From a bacterium (lineage in GTDB: Archaea; Thermoplasmatota; Thermoplasmata; Lutacidiplasmatales; UBA184): a stretch of 64,000 nt of DNA. The position numbers and the translations under genes were made by a program. The stretch lies in contig DAIDCO010000003.1 of NCBI GenBank assembly GCA_027309555.1, positions 6,737-70,736 of the forward strand, in the 5' to 3' direction. Of the stretch, positions 59,388-64,000 are shown piece after piece. How positions within the stretch are numbered: the stretch's first letter is position 1; each line of letters starts with the position of its first letter. Below the pieces are notes generated by a model. That model saw nothing but the letters and a program-made list of their open reading frames with translations. It was not told where the DNA came from and did not search any database.

Positions 59388-60496
59388 GCGATTGGGTCCC
59401 GCCCCTCGCCCACATGATCCTCGACGACCGGGTCGACCGTGGAGTGTCTCCGACGAGGGCGCTGGAGCGAGCCGAACACTACCGGCGCTGGCTCGAGACA
59501 CTACCCTCCGCGCACGACCGGCTGACCTGTCCGGAGGAGGCGAAGATCCGCCTCTGGCCCGGGAGCCTCTGCTTCCACAAGGGACAGGCGACCGTGGTGG
59601 TGGGAAGCCAGGGGAAGGGAAAGACGAACCTCCTCGCCTTCCTCATCGAGCGGGCGATCCGGCACCGGCCGGAGTGGGAGATCTACAGCAACATCCCGTT
59701 CCCCTGGGACGAGGAACTGGCGGGCATCGTTCCTCCTCCGCCGCGTCTCCACTCGATCTCGACGATGTCGGAGCTGCTCCGGGGCATCGCGCAGACCGTC
59801 CTCGCGGGCCGGGAGCCGGCGGTCGTCATTGACGAGATGGACCAGGTGGCGACGAGCCACGAGTGGATGACGGAGCGGAGCGAGTCGTGGACGAAGTTCC
59901 TGTTCGTGGAGCGGCACCTGAGGGTCTGGGGGCCGATCCTCGCCTACCATGTCCGGGAGCACGTGCCGCTGCCGCTCCGGGCGAACGCCGCCCTGCGCGG
60001 AAGCTACCTGAGGGTCATCGTTCGGCACGGGAAGCACCAGTTCGTCCGGGCAGAGGACCCGACGTATTTCGGAGGCATCTGGGAGAGCGTGCTGCCGTTC
60101 CTGACGCTCGGGCTGCGGGGGTTCGAGATCGACGTCGACATGCGGGAACTGCAGACGGTGGCGCGGGGAAGCCACCGGAGGGTCGCGGAACTCACCCTGC
60201 AGTACCTCGACGACCTCGACGGGCGCCGGAAGGAGGAAGAAACCACCCGTCGCGACGTGCCCCGGAAGTCGGACCTGCCTTCCCCCGAGGTCGCTCATGC
60301 CCTGGTCGAAGCGGAGGTCATCCGTCGTCTCGAGAGCGGGGCTACTCACCGGCAGATCGTCGAAGCGACCGGCCTCTCGAAGTACATGGTCGCGGGCGTC
60401 TCCGTCCGATGGAGGGCGTCGCGCCTGCGGCAGCAGGGGCCGGCTCCCGATTCCCCCGGGGGCGCCCGGTGCCCGGTGCCCGGGAGCCCCCCTTGA
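59384..60496 (+). CDS. P-loop ATPase (Zot/pI-like) with C-terminal HTH
   Basis: Walker A GSQGKGKT, IYSNIP, Walker B VVIDE; GATHRQIVEATGLSKYMV HTH. Confidence 0.85.
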   Translation: MSDWVPPLAHMILDDRVDRGVSPTRALERAEHYRRWLETLPSAHDRLTCPEEAKIRLWPGSLCFHKGQATVVVGSQGKGKTNLLAFLIERAIRHRPEWEIYSNIPFPWDEELAGIVPPPPRLHSISTMSELLRGIAQTVLAGREPAVVIDEMDQVATSHEWMTERSESWTKFLFVERHLRVWGPILAYHVREHVPLPLRANAALRGSYLRVIVRHGKHQFVRAEDPTYFGGIWESVLPFLTLGLRGFEIDVDMRELQTVARGSHRRVAELTLQYLDDLDGRRKEEETTRRDVPRKSDLPSPEVAHALVEAEVIRRLESGATHRQIVEATGLSKYMVAGVSVRWRASRLRQQGPAPDSPGGARCPVPGSPP

Positions 60497-60577
60497 CGCT
60501 CTCTCTAGGACGCGCGCGCGCGAGGGGAGGAATCGTTCCGGTTCTTCCGGGAAGGAGTCCGGTCCGGGGAGGCCGTC

Positions 60578-61261
60578 ATGTCGATTGACTGGGGCGGAGT
60601 GGCGGGGAGCTTCCTTACCGCCTTCGTTCTGGTCGTCCCCTTCGTCGTCACCCTGCGGCCCCGTGCGCTGAGTCTGGCCGGAGGAGCGACCTTCGTCGCC
60701 CTCGCCGCCCTCCTGGTGGAGGTCCTGGTCCAGAACGCCCTCCAGCCACTCTACGCTGCCGCGGTCGTCCTCGTCTTCGTGGCGCCGCTGACCGAGGAGT
60801 TGCTCAAGTTCCTCGACTCGGGTCTCACCGGGGCGAACTACGCCTCCGCTGCCGGGGCGGGGATCGGCTTCGCCGCCACCGAGAACGCCCTCTACTTCCT
60901 CGTCGCGTGGGGGGAGCCCCTCTCCTACCTCGTGGCCCTGATCGCCATCCGAACGGTCACGGACCCGCTGCTCCACGTAACGGCGACGACGCTCACCACC
61001 CTCTCCTGGCACGGCCGGCCCTGGGGCCTACCGGCCGGCATCGCCCTCCATGCCCTCTGGAACACGGTGGCACTGATCGAGGTCTACATCGACCCGACCG
61101 TCGGCCTCCTCCTGCTGGGCGCGGCCGGGTTCGCGGTTCTCGGGATCCTCCTCCTGCTGCGGCGCAACCCGGAAGTCCGGGAAACGCTGACCGACCGCTG
61201 GAGGATGAACCCGTGGTCGGGGTCGCTGCTCCCGGCGGGAGCGGCCGGAGAAGCAACATGA
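60578..61261 (+). CDS. PrsW-family intramembrane protease
   Basis: APLTEELLKF, GIGFAATENALY, LLH, ALHALWN motifs. Confidence 0.88.
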   Translation: MSIDWGGVAGSFLTAFVLVVPFVVTLRPRALSLAGGATFVALAALLVEVLVQNALQPLYAAAVVLVFVAPLTEELLKFLDSGLTGANYASAAGAGIGFAATENALYFLVAWGEPLSYLVALIAIRTVTDPLLHVTATTLTTLSWHGRPWGLPAGIALHALWNTVALIEVYIDPTVGLLLLGAAGFAVLGILLLLRRNPEVRETLTDRWRMNPWSGSLLPAGAAGEAT

Positions 61262-61632
61262 CCGAGGAGAGGTGGTCGGGCCACGTGGGGCACCTCGAGG
61301 AGGGCGGGCTGCACGGCTGGTGCGCGAGTTGCCCTCCCGAGGAACGACACCGGGCGATCGAGCGGACGGTCCGGGCCGATGGCTACGCGACCGCGACGCG
61401 CCGGCTGAACTTCCTCGCGAACGTGGCGAACCGACACGACAACGAGCACCTGCACCGCGTCGCCCGGGAAGACCGCGAGTGGACCGAGGACCGGGAGAAG
61501 GAGGAGCGCGAGAACGAGGACCGGCGTCGGGAGCCGGGGGAGTTCCACCGCGTCGAGGGATACCGCAAGGCGGTCGGCGACCGGGTTCGACCCCACGTCG
61601 CCCGGAACCCGCGACGGAGGAGGCAACCTTGA
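61258..61632 (+). CDS. Small protein, possibly DUF5771-like, with basic C-terminal tag
   Basis: GGLHGW..ERHRAIERTVRADGY..RRLNFLANV..EDREW; tail FHRVEGYRK..VRPHVARNPRRRR. Confidence 0.75.
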   Translation: MTEERWSGHVGHLEEGGLHGWCASCPPEERHRAIERTVRADGYATATRRLNFLANVANRHDNEHLHRVAREDREWTEDREKEERENEDRRREPGEFHRVEGYRKAVGDRVRPHVARNPRRRRQP

Positions 61633-61982
61633 CCGAGGAGGAATACGTGGTCACGGCCCGGACTCCCAGTATGAGTGCCCCGGGCTTCTACGTCTTCCAC
61701 TCGAAGAAGGTGGCCGAGCACTGGGCGGCGTCCATTCGGAGAGGAGGGGGCGAGGCCAGAGTCCGCCCGAAGTCGCCGGAGTATTCGGTCGAGGCCGGGA
61801 ACCGCCCGGACTACGACGCGGTCCGGACGGAGGGGTCGAGAGCGAAGGAAGAGGACGAAGTTCCCGAGGAGGAGGACCGACCCAAGAGGAGCGGCGAGTT
61901 CCATCGGGTCGATGGCTACCGCAAGGAAGACGGAGCCCAAGTCCGGGCGCACCTCGCGAGGAACCCGCGGAGGCGGAGGTGA
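61629..61982 (+). CDS. Small protein with the same basic C-terminal tag
   Basis: GGAGG plus TTGA overlap; tail FHRVDGYRKEDGAQVRAHLARNPRRRR. Confidence 0.75.
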   Translation: MTEEEYVVTARTPSMSAPGFYVFHSKKVAEHWAASIRRGGGEARVRPKSPEYSVEAGNRPDYDAVRTEGSRAKEEDEVPEEEDRPKRSGEFHRVDGYRKEDGAQVRAHLARNPRRRR

Positions 61983-62248
61983 AGCGCGGTGCCACTCCGG
62001 TCTGGGCCTTCGTGGTCGGAGCGCTATTCGTTCTGGCCGGCTTGTGGGCCCTCCTCAACGGGATCGCGTGCGCGGCCCTCCTGAACTCGGTTGGGCCATC
62101 GATACCCTCCGGTCCCTCTCAGTTCTGCGGGACCTACGAGTGGGGCGGAGCGCTGCTGCTAATGCTCGGCATCGCCCTGCCGATCGGCGTGGCACTGGCA
62201 TCCCGTCACGGACGCGGGGCTTCGGGACGGGCGATCCGGAGCCGATGA
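61979..62248 (+). CDS. Small 2-TM protein with a Cys pair in the loop
   Basis: GTGA overlap; two hydrophobic helices, basic tail. Confidence 0.7.
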   Translation: MKRGATPVWAFVVGALFVLAGLWALLNGIACAALLNSVGPSIPSGPSQFCGTYEWGGALLLMLGIALPIGVALASRHGRGASGRAIRSR

Positions 62249-62514
62249 CCGAGCGTCGAGCGTCGAGCGCCGACCGACTCACAGGGTTCTGGGACCCGTG
62301 TGGACCTATTGCGAGCGGCCTGCGGCCTGCCGAGTCGGACTTCGAGGCGGCCATCCTGGGCGCCCTCACCGATAGTGTCCCCCCCCGAGAGGCGCTGGCG
62401 TGGGTTGCCCGGTGGCAGACCCGGCGGGGAGGGCATGAGCGGCGGGGTTCGGCTCGAAGGCGATCGGGCACTCATCCGAAGGCACAGCGGCCGTTGAAGG
62501 AGGGCAGACGATGA
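62245..62514 (+). CDS. Hypothetical protein
   Basis: ATGA overlaps at both ends. Confidence 0.55.
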   Translation: MTERRASSADRLTGFWDPCGPIASGLRPAESDFEAAILGALTDSVPPREALAWVARWQTRRGGHERRGSARRRSGTHPKAQRPLKEGRR

Positions 62515-63212
62515 CCGGTGGGACCACGGCGCTCTACGTGCGAGTGAGTTCCGAGGAGCAAGACCTAGTCGGACAGGAACGAGAGTTGCGCGGTTACGCC
62601 GAGGCCAGGAACTGGACGGTCGTCGGCAGCTACGCCGAGAAGGTCACGGGGACCGGGAAGGTCGAGCGGAAGGCGTACGAACGTCTCCTGCGGGACGCGG
62701 GGGAACGGAAGTTCGATCACCTGGTGGTCTGGGCGCTGGACCGGTTCAGTCGAGAGGAGACGTTCACGAAGGCCACGCAAGCGATCCTCGACCTGGAGGG
62801 GCTCGGTATCCGGTTTCACTCGCTCAAGGAACCGATGTTGGACACCCCCGAGGACGGCCGGCCGAACCTCGGAAGAGACGTGCTGCTTGCACTGCTTCCG
62901 GTCATTGCGAGCTTCGAGTCGAAGCGTCGGTCGGAACGGGTCCGTGTGGCGATGCGGGAGATCAAGGAGGGACGACGGCGGACGCGTAGCGGGCGTCCGC
63001 CGGGTCGGCCCGTCCGGGCGACGCCCGAGAAGGTGTCGGCGATCGTTCGCCTGAAGGCCCAAGGGCTGACGTGGAGGGTCATCGCCCAACGAGTCGGGCT
63101 GCCGAGGGGGACCTGTGCCAACGTCGCTTCCCGGGTGCGCCGGGGGCTATTAGAAAACTCTCTCGATACGAAAGGGTCGGATCGGCCTTCGACGGACCCG
63201 GTCCCTACGTAA
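62511..63212 (+). CDS. Serine recombinase (resolvase/invertase family) with C-terminal HTH
   Basis: YVRVSS, ALDRFSR, GIRFHSLKE, GRP, GLTWRVIAQRVGL; close paralog of 1200-1907. Confidence 0.95.
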   Translation: MTGGTTALYVRVSSEEQDLVGQERELRGYAEARNWTVVGSYAEKVTGTGKVERKAYERLLRDAGERKFDHLVVWALDRFSREETFTKATQAILDLEGLGIRFHSLKEPMLDTPEDGRPNLGRDVLLALLPVIASFESKRRSERVRVAMREIKEGRRRTRSGRPPGRPVRATPEKVSAIVRLKAQGLTWRVIAQRVGLPRGTCANVASRVRRGLLENSLDTKGSDRPSTDPVPT

Positions 63213-63535
63213 AGTGCCCGTTTCGGACCCCGTTCGTAAGAGCCTAATCAGCGGGCAGCTTTGTCGGGTGTCTCCAGAGGGGACTGACTGTCGATTCAAT
63301 TCTCCATCGTTCAGAGGGCCGGTCCTCTCAGTTCTTGAGGCCAGGGTCCGGATCGATGAGCAGCCCGCGAGTCGGTGTAGCCGCGAGCGAGTCTTTCGAC
63401 TTACGGCCACAGACTTGATTCCGTTAGCCTGGAGCCTCTCCAAACGGGTTAGCTCTTAACCACGGCTTTGAAACCATCCACCCTGGGAAGTCCGAAATAC
63501 GCGAGTCGCGTGCCGGGAAGCGAGGATCAGCACAC

Positions 63536-64000
63536 ATGGCTTCTCACAGGCAGGCCTGGCGCCAAGGATTGAGGGTTGGGTGGATCATAGGTTTGATAGT
63601 CATCCTGGTGGGGACAGGCCTTGCATCGGTTACCGCCCCAGCAGCGGCGAATTCGACGGCGCCTACCGTCCATGTAGACACTTCGAACCAGGCCCTGACG
63701 ACCCTCCCGCTTCTACCACCTCAAGGAGTTTCGGCTCCATCGATTGGCACGAACGGCGAACCGCCTGCCGCCTCAGGAGGGGGCGACGAGTGGGTAAACG
63801 CGTGGACTGACCAAAACGCTCAATCCGGGTTCGACGGACTTCGCGGAACAGTGGACGCGATTAGTCCGGCCATTCCCTGCCCAGGTTCGGGCCACATCGA
63901 TTACGACTGGGCCGGCGTAGAGGCCCGTACCTCGGCGAACGATGTGGTCGACATGGGCTTCTTCGTCCAAGAGAGCGCGCTTTCTTTCGGGGTCTGTGGA
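63536..64000 (+). CDS. Secreted protein, truncated by the window end (not in ORF track)
   Basis: Open from ATG 63536 to the end: MASHRQAWRQGLRVGWIIGLIVILVGTGLASVTAPAAA.. signal peptide. Confidence 0.7.
   Translation, partial: MASHRQAWRQGLRVGWIIGLIVILVGTGLASVTAPAAANSTAPTVHVDTSNQALTTLPLLPPQGVSAPSIGTNGEPPAASGGGDEWVNAWTDQNAQSGFDGLRGTVDAISPAIPCPGSGHIDYDWAGVEARTSANDVVDMGFFVQESALSFGVCG

Larger units (their letters stand above)
40804..63212. mobile_element. Integrated provirus-like element (~22.4 kb)
   Basis: Integrase at the left edge, annealase, RHH switch, defence cargo, membrane/ATPase structural operon, resolvase at the right edge; candidate 9-bp direct repeat CTATTAGAA near both ends. Confidence 0.8.

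Noticed and set aside
63150-63443. Minus-strand ORF with RHH-like start (IKSVAVSRKTRSRLHRLA)
   Set aside because: The similarity ends after about 25 residues and the ORF overlaps the resolvase tail; at best a remnant.
1-64000. CRISPR array, rRNA, IS transposase, reverse transcriptase
   Set aside because: No regularly spaced repeats or diagnostic motifs seen; the repeats in propeller genes are protein-level blades.

Overview
GC-rich archaeal DNA, most likely Thermoplasmata (inferred from the archaeal aroA'/aroB' route, GHMP shikimate kinase, TATA-like promoters and YVTN/Kelch surface proteins). It has three parts. (1) 1-~6.0 kb: the end of a mobile element with CGTACG-rich inverted repeats, a serine resolvase, small Zn-finger/HTH/AbrB genes and a secreted filament-like protein. 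(2) 6.0-40.8 kb: host core genes, including a 13-gene aspartate-to-indole-glycerol-phosphate operon without trpAB, a CADD/PqqC-like oxidase, CoA-transferase, acyl-CoA dehydrogenase, aceBA, a polyferredoxin membrane pair, tRNA-Ile(GAT) and beta-propeller surface proteins. (3) ~40.8-63.2 kb: an integrated provirus-like element with a tyrosine integrase, Bet/RecT-like annealase, divergent RHH pair, defence cargo (TcmP + DUF5131, REase-MTase fusion, NYN-LOTUS) and a 12 kb, 15-gene operon rich in membrane proteins. That operon encodes an 896-aa spike/fusogen-like glycoprotein, a Kelch-FN3 adhesin, a Zot-like ATPase, a PrsW-type protease, two proteins sharing a basic C-terminal tag, and a second resolvase closely related to the first. 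I recognise no HK97/jelly-roll capsid, terminase, T4SS or Rep gene. The best candidate for a novel system is this enveloped/pleomorphic virus or vesicle-transferred element. All family calls are motif recognition by eye; no database search was run.
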